This document shows, one piece after another, positions 17,067 through 26,866 of a DNA stretch of 64,000 bases. The translations under genes and the position numbers were made by a program. Under the pieces are notes generated by a model. The model ran no database searches, was not told the DNA's origin, and saw only the letters and a list, made by a program, of their open reading frames with translations. Origin of the DNA: a virus. The stretch covers positions 5,428-69,427 of the IMG/VR virus record IMGVR_UViG_3300031578_000010. One strand, 5' to 3'. The number at the start of each line of letters is the position of its first letter. The first letter of the stretch is position 1.

Positions 17067-19421
17067 TTACGCTTCGAAAGCGTACTCCTTGTTCGCGAAT
17101 AGAATAACCTTCGCGTTGACCCCGATCCCGTCCGCTGTCCCCTTAAACACCTTCCCGGTAGTAGGGACCGCGGTAGTCCACTTATGCTCATTGGGATCGG
17201 CGTTGCAAAGGAAAACCTCCTCTCCGTAGACGGTAGGTTCCTCGGCGGCAACCCACACAACAGATAGAATTCCCATCGGGGAGAAGTACCCGGTTGCAGT
17301 CGCGGCTCCGGTAGTAGTCGCGATCCCCGCGAACCCATCGCTCGCCGCTGCGCGTCGAACCAGTTGGCCAGACCCGTCAAACTTCACGGCATCCTTAGCG
17401 GTTATCCCTCCTGTGCCGATAGTCTTCGCGAATTGCGGGCCACCGTAGAGACCGTCCATTATGAACACGTCAGCGATCAGCTCGCCGTTGATATGCTGAT
17501 CCCCACTGAAGATGTTGTCTGCGGCCCTGAAACTACTATGGTCGTCAGAGTCGTGCCGGGTTTCGTTGAGGTACTGAGTGTGATCGTCATCGGCGAGGCC
17601 GTTCAGGGCGAGGCCGTGGTCTATCTTCCCACCGACCCCACTGCCGGCCGACTGGTGAGTGTGGTCCTTTACCTTCTGGAGGTCAGCCAGCTCGCCGCTC
17701 AAACTGGCAACACTGATCTCGTCGGCTCCACTATTCTCGTGACGGCCCGAGTGATCGGCATAGGGATCGTCTGTGAGATCAGCGAAAGCAAGAACCTCCT
17801 GAATCCAGCCGGCGGCGAGTTTCCCTGCCCCGTCTGCGATGGGGATCTTGCTCGCAGTGGGCGTGGCCGTGGCGTTCGCGGGGTCCTTAATCACCTTCAA
17901 ACTTGCATTTAATCCAGCATACCCACTGGCCGCCTCGCGTTCGGACTCCTTCTGGTAAACCGTGTGCGGATCGGCTGCCCCAACGTGATCGAAAGCCCAA
18001 TCTGAAGTCGGAGCCTTCGTTGTTTCACCGTCGGTGGGAGTTCCAGTCAGGTGGTCGGTGATTGAAGCGGGTTGCTGCACGACCTTGGAGCTGGCATCAA
18101 GGGATGCGTATCCGCTCGCAGCCGCTTTGTTTCCGGTGTGTTCTATGGTGTTAGCCCCGGCACCATGGACGCCAGTCGTAAGACCTTTATGGGTCGCAAG
18201 CGTAGATGGCTCCCCATCCAGGCCAGCAAGACTCATCTCATCCCCGCCAGCGTTTTCATGCGTAGCTTTATGGAGTTTGGGATCTTGAGACCCGCGGCTC
18301 GAAGCGTCCAGACCCATGTAGCCACTCGCAGAACCCTTCTCAGATTCCTTCTGATACTCGGGATGCTGATCTGCATCATTCTCGTGGTCGTATGCCCAGT
18401 TGGAACTAATCGGCGCAGTCGTCGCAGCATTCACCGGCGTATCGTCAACATCAAGCTGGCCGAGAAGAGTATCATCGGAAATCTTGGCGCTGAATTCCGC
18501 TTTCGTACAAATGCCGTGGACAGACGCATCAAGGTCATGGTCGCGGGCATGGTGATCATCGATGGATATATCATTCAAATCATCGTGGCTCATAGTTCCT
18601 GGACCGAATTTCACAAAGGTCTGTGAATCAGTCCCGATAGTATCCACCTCAGCGGTTAGTACCCACTGCTCGTCCCCGTTGAGCGTCCCCTCATCAATGA
18701 AAAGCATCATTCCAGCGTTCACCTCGGCGGCCTCGTCGGAATCAATCACGCGAGTGAACACGAAAGGATTTCCGACGTCCCCAAGGGCCGTTACCTTGTA
18801 AATTCCGTTCTGAAGCGCAGCAGCTTGGTTCTTCACAAGAATGCGATCATCGACGGCCATGCTGACGCCATCCTGCGCCGGGAGCGCGCCGTTGGCATTG
18901 GCGGTGAGAGTAGCTCCCACTCCGAGCGTACCATTGTCATAGGTGCAAGCTGGGAGGGCAGCAGTAGTCGATACCCGAGCGGACGGCTTGGACTGTAGCC
19001 CAGTTCCGACGCTATCTACATATGCTTTAGTCGCAAGATGAGTTCCTTCCGTCGGAGCTATACCGGCGACCACGCCTGAAAACGCCCGTGTACCATCGGC
19101 CTTGGTGTAAAGGGGATGGTCGTCATCGCCCCTTCCGGTCAACGCTCCGTGGTCGACCGTTCCAGCTTCAGCGCCGGCAGATGCGTGGGTGTGATCGCCG
19201 ATTGCCGAATGCTGCGCCCTGGCCGTCCCTTCATCGTGGGTGTCATAGTCAGTCTTCAACTGCGCCACGTCCACGCTATCCACGGTGCCGGTTACTGAGA
19301 TGTTGCCGGTCACCTCTAAGCCGTTGGAAACCTTCAACTTTGGAATAGTCCCGTAATTAGCCGTGTTCGGAACCCCAAGGTTGCCAGTGGCAAGCACGAC
19401 CGCTAATTTGTAGTCCGCCAT
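17067..19421 (-). CDS. Long virion fibre protein
   Basis: 784 aa; DRILVKNQAAALQNGIY domain, repeated KGxASGYxxLDAS and DDDHxxY motifs typical of phage fibres. Confidence 0.8.
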   Translation of the reverse strand: MADYKLAVVLATGNLGVPNTANYGTIPKLKVSNGLEVTGNISVTGTVDSVDVAQLKTDYDTHDEGTARAQHSAIGDHTHASAGAEAGTVDHGALTGRGDDDHPLYTKADGTRAFSGVVAGIAPTEGTHLATKAYVDSVGTGLQSKPSARVSTTAALPACTYDNGTLGVGATLTANANGALPAQDGVSMAVDDRILVKNQAAALQNGIYKVTALGDVGNPFVFTRVIDSDEAAEVNAGMMLFIDEGTLNGDEQWVLTAEVDTIGTDSQTFVKFGPGTMSHDDLNDISIDDHHARDHDLDASVHGICTKAEFSAKISDDTLLGQLDVDDTPVNAATTAPISSNWAYDHENDADQHPEYQKESEKGSASGYMGLDASSRGSQDPKLHKATHENAGGDEMSLAGLDGEPSTLATHKGLTTGVHGAGANTIEHTGNKAAASGYASLDASSKVVQQPASITDHLTGTPTDGETTKAPTSDWAFDHVGAADPHTVYQKESEREAASGYAGLNASLKVIKDPANATATPTASKIPIADGAGKLAAGWIQEVLAFADLTDDPYADHSGRHENSGADEISVASLSGELADLQKVKDHTHQSAGSGVGGKIDHGLALNGLADDDHTQYLNETRHDSDDHSSFRAADNIFSGDQHINGELIADVFIMDGLYGGPQFAKTIGTGGITAKDAVKFDGSGQLVRRAAASDGFAGIATTTGAATATGYFSPMGILSVVWVAAEEPTVYGEEVFLCNADPNEHKWTTAVPTTGKVFKGTADGIGVNAKVILFANKEYAFEA

Positions 19422-19460
19422 CTCACATTCCTCCGCAATTGTAGAATTGACTCGGTTGTC

Positions 19461-20084
19461 TTATTCTATTTCAACCACGCAGTTGGGTGCAACGATCACC
19501 TCAGTGGTATTTTTCGCTATTCCCAATCTTTGGATAATTTTATATAATGGTGGCATAGGATCAAAAATCGGGTTAACTATATGTTCCCCAGCTATTGTAC
19601 TTAAGAAAAGGCGATCTTGTGCTGCGAGGCCACTAAAACCATCCACCCTTCCAAGCAACCTAACCTTAGCAATCGTAGAAATCGGCTTTACCACAACAAT
19701 TCCAATAGCCTCCAGGACTTTATCTGTCGCAGATGCAAGAATTACAGTATCATTCTCGCCCTGAGCAACCCAATTATTAACGCTAACTTCAGCGGCACAG
19801 TTATACAATACGTCAACCGACGACCCTCCGCCTCCGCCGCTCCCCCCGTAAAACTGGGTCCACTCAAAGCCATCCCAATATTCATAACATTCTTCGTCCG
19901 TGTTCCAACCAACAGGATGAGGTACTCCGACGCTTGGGGTCGGACGAGTCGCATCATCCCATGTTCCGCCAATTCGTTCTGTTAACCCTTCTATTTGATC
20001 GTCAGGATTATTGAACAAATCTTCATGAAGTGGGGTCGTCGAAACAACCTTTAACTTCGGATAAGGATATTTAATCTCACCCAT
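19461..20084 (-). CDS. Virion structural protein, C-terminal capsid-cement-like beta domain
   Basis: 207 aa; AIGIVV...KVRLLGRVDGFSGLAAQDRLFLSTIAG. Confidence 0.6.
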   Translation of the reverse strand: MGEIKYPYPKLKVVSTTPLHEDLFNNPDDQIEGLTERIGGTWDDATRPTPSVGVPHPVGWNTDEECYEYWDGFEWTQFYGGSGGGGGSSVDVLYNCAAEVSVNNWVAQGENDTVILASATDKVLEAIGIVVVKPISTIAKVRLLGRVDGFSGLAAQDRLFLSTIAGEHIVNPIFDPMPPLYKIIQRLGIAKNTTEVIVAPNCVVEIE

Positions 20085-20117
20085 TGCATATCACGTCCTA
20101 CTTCCGCAATCGAACTA

Positions 20118-20525
20118 CTATGACGTAATTTCACTGAGCGTCGTAAATCCTTTCTTTATTCCGATCATTATACAAAGAAACATTTCACCTCCGGTCCCCT
20201 TTGCGAATGCCCAATCCCCATCCTCTGACAAACTGGACAAGTCGGATAATATAGGAGTAGTTCCGGCGAGTAAAATTTGAGCCTTTCCGGTAGAATGGGG
20301 AACGGGCTCTCCGAGATGGGCCCCAACAAGGCCATTTAATGTAGTTTCATCCGGAGCAGATAAGACTCCAGAAAATACAACCTTACAGTCCCCGTTTATC
20401 TCGTCTATTCTTTCAAGCGTGGCGGATGAGATTGAACTCTGATTTATCTCGACGGTAAAAACCGAGGTATCCACCTTATGGTTGGGAAAGTTGTCGTTGA
20501 TTGAATACGTATAAGTTTCGGACAT
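20118..20525 (-). CDS. Virion structural protein
   Basis: 135 aa from ATG 20525 (SD GGAGG; TAATG overlap with upstream stop). Confidence 0.6.
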   Translation of the reverse strand: MSETYTYSINDNFPNHKVDTSVFTVEINQSSISSATLERIDEINGDCKVVFSGVLSAPDETTLNGLVGAHLGEPVPHSTGKAQILLAGTTPILSDLSSLSEDGDWAFAKGTGGEMFLCIMIGIKKGFTTLSEITS

Positions 20526-20986
20526 TATGCCACCCTCCAAATTTCAATTCTTGCATCTGCGATTCCCTGAGCAGTTCCGCCTATGAAATCAGCGAATTGG
20601 ATTTTTAATGTTTTGGCAGCCCCTGTGAAAATTATCTCTGCAAATCCGCCTATACTGGTTCTATCATTGTCCGTTTTGATTTTTCGTATCTCTTCCTGAA
20701 TTACGACAGCGTTGGTGGAATTATAAAGCCTAAATTTTCCTTGATCGTCGGTGTTATCTACAGTTGCCATCCAGCCAACTCGATAAGTTCCAGTTAGTGC
20801 CGGAGTGGTAAGAGTTACCTTATCCTGATAAACGGCCGACGTTGTCGTTTGTCGTGCAAGGGAGACGGCTGTCTGATAATTCTTGCCGAAAACCGCAGCG
20901 GTTGCAGAGCCCAAGCAGCTGCACATCTGAGTACAGCTAACCTTATCGACTTGCATGACCCCATCGATCAAACCTTCTTTTGCCAT
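20525..20986 (-). CDS. Virion structural protein (beta-sandwich C-terminus)
   Basis: 153 aa in fibre block. Confidence 0.6.
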   Translation of the reverse strand: MAKEGLIDGVMQVDKVSCTQMCSCLGSATAAVFGKNYQTAVSLARQTTTSAVYQDKVTLTTPALTGTYRVGWMATVDNTDDQGKFRLYNSTNAVVIQEEIRKIKTDNDRTSIGGFAEIIFTGAAKTLKIQFADFIGGTAQGIADARIEIWRVA

Positions 20987-20996
20987 CTATCTATCC

Positions 20997-21572
20997 TCAA
21001 GCCTGTAGACGAGTAACGGCAATACGAGCTTCCCATTTAATTGTCGTAGCTGCAACGCCAGTAACCCGAACGTCCACCGTCTGGTTTGTGGTATCGGCTT
21101 CCAAATTTACATCATATGCCGAGGTCGATCTACGTATAAATAAAGAAGCAGTATTGCCCTGTTGTGTGACATTCCCCGCTGTATTGCGATAAAATACTCC
21201 CTCCAGATGATAGATAGCACGTTGGGTGCCATCCGACTTCCTGGCTACAACAATAACCTCGGCATCAACCACTTCTTCCTCAGCAACAGTAATAGCTTCC
21301 AAATCAACCGGAGTTGCGTCCAAGGTCGTAATGGTCTTTGTGTATCGTTCCGTCGTCAAACCAGTTTTCAACTTTCCCACGTTGATATCGTCTAAATTGG
21401 AAAAGGCATCATCGCCCCCTATAATATGGGCGCTATGATGTAACTTCGGAGATTGAACCACACGTATCAAGGCATCAAGACCAGGGTAACCATTCGCGAT
21501 GCCTTTCTCAGCCTGGTCCTGGATTACATTGTCGGCAATTTCTTGTTCGACAAGATTTTTCTCGTTTGCCAT
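20997..21572 (-). CDS. Virion fibre-related protein
   Basis: EKGIANGYPGLDA motif shared with the 17067-19421 fibre; beta-rich C-terminus. Confidence 0.65.
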   Translation of the reverse strand: MANEKNLVEQEIADNVIQDQAEKGIANGYPGLDALIRVVQSPKLHHSAHIIGGDDAFSNLDDINVGKLKTGLTTERYTKTITTLDATPVDLEAITVAEEEVVDAEVIVVARKSDGTQRAIYHLEGVFYRNTAGNVTQQGNTASLFIRRSTSAYDVNLEADTTNQTVDVRVTGVAATTIKWEARIAVTRLQA

Positions 21573-21579
21573 CTCTCTA

Positions 21580-22524
21580 TCATCCCCTCTGTCTAACTAG
21601 CTGAAGATACGTCCATGTCGCACCGGCGATGATATTCAGCACCCCTCCGGAGGTCTGATAGCCATGCATCTCGACGTAATCGCCCGCAACAAGATTTAAG
21701 ACCTTTACATCAAGTACGATCGTCGTGAAAATTCCCACCGGATTTACATAACCGGCAGAGATCAATGCCCCGTTAACATGTATTGTCGTGGAGCGAACAC
21801 CATTTGCGTTTCCCGTCCACGTAATTTTCGCGATCGCAAGGTATTTTCCGGCCTCTCCCGCTGGTACTGTAATCCTCGAAGGATTCACGCCGGGATCGTG
21901 CATGACGTCGGTGTCCCACGTCTCCGCGTCGAACGCGATTGGAGTCAACGTAGAGTCGTTAATGGCTTGGCCCGTTGACCGATAAACTGAACATGAAACA
22001 TCGGCGCAAATTCCGCCAAGCGTATCGAGAGCGTCCTTGACCGTGACCCCAGCAACGCCGGAATCATTATCAACCTGAGAAGCGTCATAATCACTGGCCG
22101 CTGCTGCTACCGCTCCTGTTCTACCGAATACCGAAATAACAAAATCCGTATGATCTGCCTTTTCCCAAATGGTCCCATTATGAACAACCCAATCGCTTGG
22201 CGAAAAGGCTATCGGGCCTGAACCAAGATCCTGAGTCCCAGCAATTGAAACCACATAATAATGTCCCTTGATTCCAGTCGCGTCCGATAAAGTAGGACTA
22301 TTTGTACTTGCATTCCACGTTCCTTGATAGTTGATTGCTCCAACAACCCCGGTAAAATCCTGCCATGAAGATCCGTTCCAAATATAGGCCTTCTTCGTAT
22401 CAGAAACCGCACGAACGTCATCTACGGTATTTCCAGCAGATGGAAGCGCCGTTATAGTAGCAACTGGATCTTTCCATCTTGGCGAACCAAATGGAGATTC
22501 AGGGCGTGTCACATTGCCTGACAT
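21580..22524 (-). CDS. Virion fibre protein with C-terminal C1q/TNF-like domain
   Basis: YQGTWNASTNSPTL...GHYYVVS, VISVFGRTGAV, IAFDAETWDTDVMHD...AGKYLAIA. Confidence 0.75.
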   Translation of the reverse strand: MSGNVTRPESPFGSPRWKDPVATITALPSAGNTVDDVRAVSDTKKAYIWNGSSWQDFTGVVGAINYQGTWNASTNSPTLSDATGIKGHYYVVSIAGTQDLGSGPIAFSPSDWVVHNGTIWEKADHTDFVISVFGRTGAVAAAASDYDASQVDNDSGVAGVTVKDALDTLGGICADVSCSVYRSTGQAINDSTLTPIAFDAETWDTDVMHDPGVNPSRITVPAGEAGKYLAIAKITWTGNANGVRSTTIHVNGALISAGYVNPVGIFTTIVLDVKVLNLVAGDYVEMHGYQTSGGVLNIIAGATWTYLQLVRQRG

Positions 22525-22526
22525 TA

Positions 22527-22973
22527 TTACCTCCTGGCACTGGCGACGAGCATTGCAATGAAAGTTCCTAACGCTCCCCCTATCGGTTTAATAGCAAGCC
22601 AGATAAATCCCCGTTTATCGCCGGTTTCCTGCGTCACAAACGGAATAGGAATAAGCGATTTATCATGCGGAGTAATAGCGCCGAGCGCTTCGTACACAAT
22701 ATGTAAAAGAGTTCCAGCCTCTTTATCTCGAACCTCGACATCGAACGATGTAGAATCCCCTCCGATTTGTAGAACAACAACCCGTTCAAGAGTCGCAGCC
22801 TCAAGTCGTCCTTCATTTCCTCTGTCCCATGTGAGCATTTTTTCTGTCCAGGCGCCAGTAGCGATCCCTGAGAATTCTGTGCCTTCCGCCCGGGCAACTA
22901 CGATCCTGCCTTTATTTGCAAGACCATCATATTCAAGATCCTGCAAAGGTTTGTGATAATCGTTAAGATCCAT
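22527..22973 (-). CDS. Hypothetical virion protein
   Basis: 148 aa in structural block. Confidence 0.6.
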   Translation of the reverse strand: MDLNDYHKPLQDLEYDGLANKGRIVVARAEGTEFSGIATGAWTEKMLTWDRGNEGRLEAATLERVVVLQIGGDSTSFDVEVRDKEAGTLLHIVYEALGAITPHDKSLIPIPFVTQETGDKRGFIWLAIKPIGGALGTFIAMLVASARR

Positions 22974-23388
22974 CTTTTACTTCCTCCTCTGCCTTTTCCT
23001 TTTCGGCCAAAGCGGTTTTAATTTTCTCCGCGAACCGAGTAGCAAGCCTAATTAAATTAAATCCTCGCAAAGGATCGTCCTTATACTTATCGACTATCCT
23101 AAGAATTTCATTATAAAATTCTTCGATGTCGTCTGGGACAGGAGTAATAGAAACGGTATCTGTTCCCGGCTCACTTGCAAATCGTAATATCTTATTCATA
23201 GTAGATAATTTAAAAAATGTAATAATAGTGTCGAGAGACAACCTCCTATCATTAAAATAAAAACTCCTTGTTCCAGGAGCCCACCGAATCGAAACCTCTT
23301 CCCCTTTTGAATCCTTAGCAAACCTCGCAGGAAGAATTAGCGCACTCTTTTTACTTTTCCTTTTCCCTACCATTTTAATACCCACCAA
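22963..23388 (-). CDS. Hypothetical protein
   Basis: 141 aa ORF overlapping next gene. Confidence 0.55.
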   Translation of the reverse strand: MVGIKMVGKRKSKKSALILPARFAKDSKGEEVSIRWAPGTRSFYFNDRRLSLDTIITFFKLSTMNKILRFASEPGTDTVSITPVPDDIEEFYNEILRIVDKYKDDPLRGFNLIRLATRFAEKIKTALAEKEKAEEEVKDGS

Positions 23389-23418
23389 AATGGCTTACTA
23401 TTTAGGCTTTTATTCCTG

Positions 23419-24099
23419 TTACTTGTCAGGCGTGTTAGAAAAAGAAGACGACCGCAGGTTTAATATATCGATCGGGTGAGAATGCTCGCCGAACAGATCA
23501 GTCGAACCATAGACCTTGTCGTCCATCATGTTCGATAACTTGACAGCGAATTTGTGCGAATGTGCTCCTAATGTTGCATCGACCGCCCTTGTAAAATCGC
23601 TGGAAACCTTTTTATCCTGCGTCAGTTTCCAGAATGTGGCATTATCCTCTGTCTGACCCTCGAAGTATTTTACGAACTTATCTCCTTCCTTTTTGGAGAT
23701 AATATTGCCGACGGCCTGATGAATGTGGCCCGCGCCATCCCCGACGACGAAACGGATCTGTTTTTTATTGACATGAACCTTTGCCTTTTTCTGATTAAGG
23801 TTGTCTAAAGTTATTTCATCCCCTATCTTGAAATCCATTTCTTTTTGCAGTTGTGCCATGGCGTCTTTGACATCCGTATATATGAACCGTTTGGTCATAT
23901 ACCTGAAGTTTTTCTTGTCACCTTCTCCGAATTCAACATCCAAGTTGACGGAAACGACAAAACCATTTTCAGCGCCTTCAAGATAGATTGTTTTAGACAT
24001 TAGGCGGCCTTTGCCGCCCAGTTTGAATATCTCGATGGCTTCCTGATCCAATTGCGCATCTCCTGCCAGTCGTCCTTCAAACTTTTTCAGGATCTCCAT
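23419..24099 (-). CDS. HxH-repeat (YmaF-like) protein, first gene of structural block
   Basis: GHIHQA, AHSHKF, EHSHPI repeats; SD GAGGAG. Confidence 0.65.
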   Translation of the reverse strand: MEILKKFEGRLAGDAQLDQEAIEIFKLGGKGRLMSKTIYLEGAENGFVVSVNLDVEFGEGDKKNFRYMTKRFIYTDVKDAMAQLQKEMDFKIGDEITLDNLNQKKAKVHVNKKQIRFVVGDGAGHIHQAVGNIISKKEGDKFVKYFEGQTEDNATFWKLTQDKKVSSDFTRAVDATLGAHSHKFAVKLSNMMDDKVYGSTDLFGEHSHPIDILNLRSSSFSNTPDK

Positions 24100-24111
24100 T
24101 TTGCGCTCCTC

Positions 24112-24135
24112 AAAAAAAGGCCAGCGAGGCCGGCC
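24112..24135 (-). terminator. Intrinsic terminator after groES
   Basis: Minus strand GGCCGGC-CTC-GCTGGCC then T7. Confidence 0.65.
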
Positions 24136-24154
24136 AAGGTTATCAATTTCTAAG

Positions 24155-24460
24155 CTACCGAACGATGAAGAAAATATCGCTTAAAGAAATTACGGTATAT
24201 GCGTCGTTCCCTATTTTTACCTCCACGCCTCCGCCAGGAAAGAAGAAAATGTGTTCATTTACTTTAAGAGCCATATCGGGCTCTTTTTCTTTAGGAATCG
24301 ACCCCATCGCCATTATAGTTCCTTCAGATAATCTTTTCTTTGAAGCATCGGGAAGAAATATTCCTCCAGGAGTTTTCTCTTCCGTCTTTAATTTTATGAG
24401 AACCCGTTCCGGCATCATAGTTACGTTCAGTTTTTCCTCACCGAAAGATGTAGTTTCCAT
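24155..24460 (-). CDS. groES: Co-chaperonin GroES (Cpn10)
   Basis: PERVLIK...EEKTPGGIFLPD...SEGTIMAMG...GGVEVKIGNDAYTVISLSDI. Confidence 0.92.
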   Translation of the reverse strand: METTSFGEEKLNVTMMPERVLIKLKTEEKTPGGIFLPDASKKRLSEGTIMAMGSIPKEKEPDMALKVNEHIFFFPGGGVEVKIGNDAYTVISLSDIFFIVR

Positions 24461-24491
24461 CTGCTACCTCCTTCTGCAAACTTGCGGAGAA

Positions 24492-24701
24492 TTACTGAAT
24501 AAAATCCTCAGACCTCTTTAGGCCCTCTATTTCTTTTCCAATTTCGATAGGAATAAGCCCTTCCCGTATTCTCTGATTTATCCAGGATAACCCAAACGAC
24601 AAAACAATAGTTTCACCATCTTCTGTCTGGGCGCCAATAGCTACAGCGTCTTCTCCATATTGAATATCAATTTGAATATCAATAATTCTAACTAATTCCA
24701 T
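24492..24701 (-). CDS. Hypothetical protein
   Basis: 69 aa, operon packing. Confidence 0.55.
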   Translation of the reverse strand: MELVRIIDIQIDIQYGEDAVAIGAQTEDGETIVLSFGLSWINQRIREGLIPIEIGKEIEGLKRSEDFIQ

Positions 24702-24957
24702 CTTTATCTTCCCGATAAGCCAAAGCTATTAAATCCCATCCCATCAATTTAATAAAATCCTTAAACTCGCAATCAGGATGACCACAAATAAAAAGAACCT
24801 TAGTTCTGCCATCATCCCTTAATTCCAAAGAACAGACAGAAGATAACCTTCCACAACCTGGACAAGTAACTAAAGCCCTTGGCGTTCCATCCAGATTTAT
24901 CCCTGCCTCCCAAGAAGGAAAATCATAATCCGTATTGCCTTTGTTAATATTTCTCAT
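24688..24957 (-). CDS. Zinc-finger hypothetical protein
   Basis: CPGC...CGHPDC. Confidence 0.6.
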   Translation of the reverse strand: MRNINKGNTDYDFPSWEAGINLDGTPRALVTCPGCGRLSSVCSLELRDDGRTKVLFICGHPDCEFKDFIKLMGWDLIALAYREDKDGIS

Positions 24958-25184
24958 ATAAAGTCATCCTCTTGCGGCTCCTCGTTCTCTCCATAGTTAT
25001 TATCTTCAAGATATCGCACTATTTTATCATATAGGTCCTTAAATTTGTCCTTGTATAATTTTGCCGTCTCAAGCCAACCGATCAAAGAATCGAGGTGGTC
25101 CAGAGATACCTCGCTGAACTTCTTTCCCTTTAAGGATCCAATGGATATAACGGTTTGGCCTAAATCTGATTCGTTGGCTTCCAT
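24954..25184 (-). CDS. Small hypothetical protein
   Basis: 76 aa; IGSLKGKKFSEVSLDHL resembles GKYKG-type small helical domains. Confidence 0.55.
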   Translation of the reverse strand: MEANESDLGQTVISIGSLKGKKFSEVSLDHLDSLIGWLETAKLYKDKFKDLYDKIVRYLEDNNYGENEEPQEDDFI

Positions 25185-25218
25185 TTTTTTGTTCTCCTAA
25201 TAATTATCTTATTAGATA

Positions 25219-25509
25219 CTAATATACAGAACCACAATTGGGGCAAACAGCAGAAACTTTGTCAACTTTTTCTCCCCTTAGTTTCCTCTCCGCCCTATCA
25301 AAAGTATCTATTATCTTTTCAAAGATTTCTCCCGCTATCTTCTCCGCCTCACCAAAAGTTATCTGTTCTGGTAGATTAACCCAAAGAAAGGCATTTATTT
25401 TTTCCTTTAATTCGTCGACTTGTGTATCTCTAAATTTCTCGAAGTCCTCTATTATTGTAGCATAGCTTTTAATATGAGAACCGCCCGATATTTCTTCTTC
25501 ACAGTACAT
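25219..25509 (-). CDS. Hypothetical protein
   Basis: 96 aa, SD AGGAGG, terminal CPNCG. Confidence 0.6.
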   Translation of the reverse strand: MYCEEEISGGSHIKSYATIIEDFEKFRDTQVDELKEKINAFLWVNLPEQITFGEAEKIAGEIFEKIIDTFDRAERKLRGEKVDKVSAVCPNCGSVY

Positions 25510-25537
25510 TTCTTCCTCCTTCTGGCCTCTGCCGGAG

Positions 25538-26026
25538 TTAACGCCATCCCTTGATATAATCCTTATCTTTTAATTTCCCAACGATCGCCACCTGCCTTGC
25601 CAATATATTAACCGGCCACTCTAATTTAATTCCCGCCTGCTTTAAAGTAGCCGTGACATCTATTCCCATAGCCTCGGGGCAAAAAGAAGCAGCATAATCT
25701 TTCCCCATTTTTAATAATAATCTATTGACCTTTTCCTGAAGTTTCTTTCTCGCCCCGTTCTGCCAATATAGACAACAATTCAACTGTCTCAAAGTCCAAA
25801 GAGGATGTTTTGCTTTTAACTTATTCCTATGCCTTTCTAAATTAAACTCATTTATAGCCGCAAAGAAAGGCTTCCTCATTAAAAATATATCTTCAAAGAA
25901 TGGGGCAGAAGGCGGACAACCCTCTTTAATATTATAATTCGGACACCCATCAGGATGTCCCGGATACGCCCTTTTGCAGAGCCTTCTAACTTTATGTCTA
26001 ATAACAGGATTTATTCTAATTATCAT
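25538..26026 (-). CDS. DUF2284-like predicted metal-binding protein
   Basis: GCPNYNIKEGCPP and CPEAMGIDVTATL motifs. Confidence 0.65.
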   Translation of the reverse strand: MIIRINPVIRHKVRRLCKRAYPGHPDGCPNYNIKEGCPPSAPFFEDIFLMRKPFFAAINEFNLERHRNKLKAKHPLWTLRQLNCCLYWQNGARKKLQEKVNRLLLKMGKDYAASFCPEAMGIDVTATLKQAGIKLEWPVNILARQVAIVGKLKDKDYIKGWR

Positions 26027-26380
26027 TTTTACCTTACCTTTCTAATATCTCTTTATCTCCTTCCTGATATTCCAAAAGGGCACAGAAAGGAGATATCTTT
26101 ATTTGCCCTATTAAAAGGGCTCTGAGGGAGTTCATCCCCGCATAATATAACGGCGACTTCACGCCATGCCTCGCATCGAGGCCCTAACAGTTAAAGAAAC
26201 CCCGATGTATAGAATGGTAAAGGCCAAACATGCCATCCCGCCCTGGCACAAAAGACTCGCCAGAACGGTCCAACATAGAAGACCTCCTGGACCGCCGTTA
26301 ACGTCCAGAAGATCCCCAAAACCATTGGCACAGAAAATAATATTAATAAAATCATTAGTATCCATCCCTTTTACCAAATA

Positions 26381-26866
26381 TCACAAAACCCCTACAGTTG
26401 CCTTGACTTTCCCCGAATGAGCAAACACCCTAACAAATATCCCTACTTCCTTATCCACGGGCAACCTTCTCATAGCAGAAACTAACAACCCTATTTCCCG
26501 CCTTTGTGAAAGATCCGTCATCTCTTGAAAATCAGCCTGCCTAATCTCTTCAATCCTCCCTTTCTTATTTATATATAAAAGCCCCCATTTATCCGGCAAT
26601 TCCTTTTCTTTAATAAGTCCAACAGGGCACAAATAATAACGATATCTCCCCAACCCATTTATCTGATATCTTCTAAAATGCTTCTTATTATCTGCAAGGA
26701 AATCTCCCCTTGAAACCTTACACTCAATTAAATAAGATATACCAGAAGACCTAAAACCCACAGCATCCGGTATTTCTCCTGGCGCTATTATTCCTGTAAG
26801 GACAACCGGGCACCCACTTCTATGAAGCCACTTAGACGCAGATCTAATTAATTTCCTATGTATCAT
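26381..26866 (-). CDS. PD-(D/E)xK nuclease, MmcB-like
   Basis: EIPDAVGF...LIECKVSRGDFLAD...GLGRYRYYLCP...LPDKWGLL. Confidence 0.75.
   Translation of the reverse strand: MIHRKLIRSASKWLHRSGCPVVLTGIIAPGEIPDAVGFRSSGISYLIECKVSRGDFLADNKKHFRRYQINGLGRYRYYLCPVGLIKEKELPDKWGLLYINKKGRIEEIRQADFQEMTDLSQRREIGLLVSAMRRLPVDKEVGIFVRVFAHSGKVKATVGVL

Noticed and set aside
17364-19348. Plus-strand ORFs opposite the long fibre gene
   Set aside because: Shadow ORFs in GC-rich coding DNA
15528-22524. Possible diversity-generating retroelement targeting C1q-like fibre tips
   Set aside because: No reverse transcriptase and no adenine-variant template/variable repeat pair seen in the window
26040-26377. Small ORFs between the DUF2284-like and MmcB-like genes
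   Set aside because: Competing frames (72-aa track ORF versus a 52-aa hydrophobic ORF); could not decide which, if any, is real
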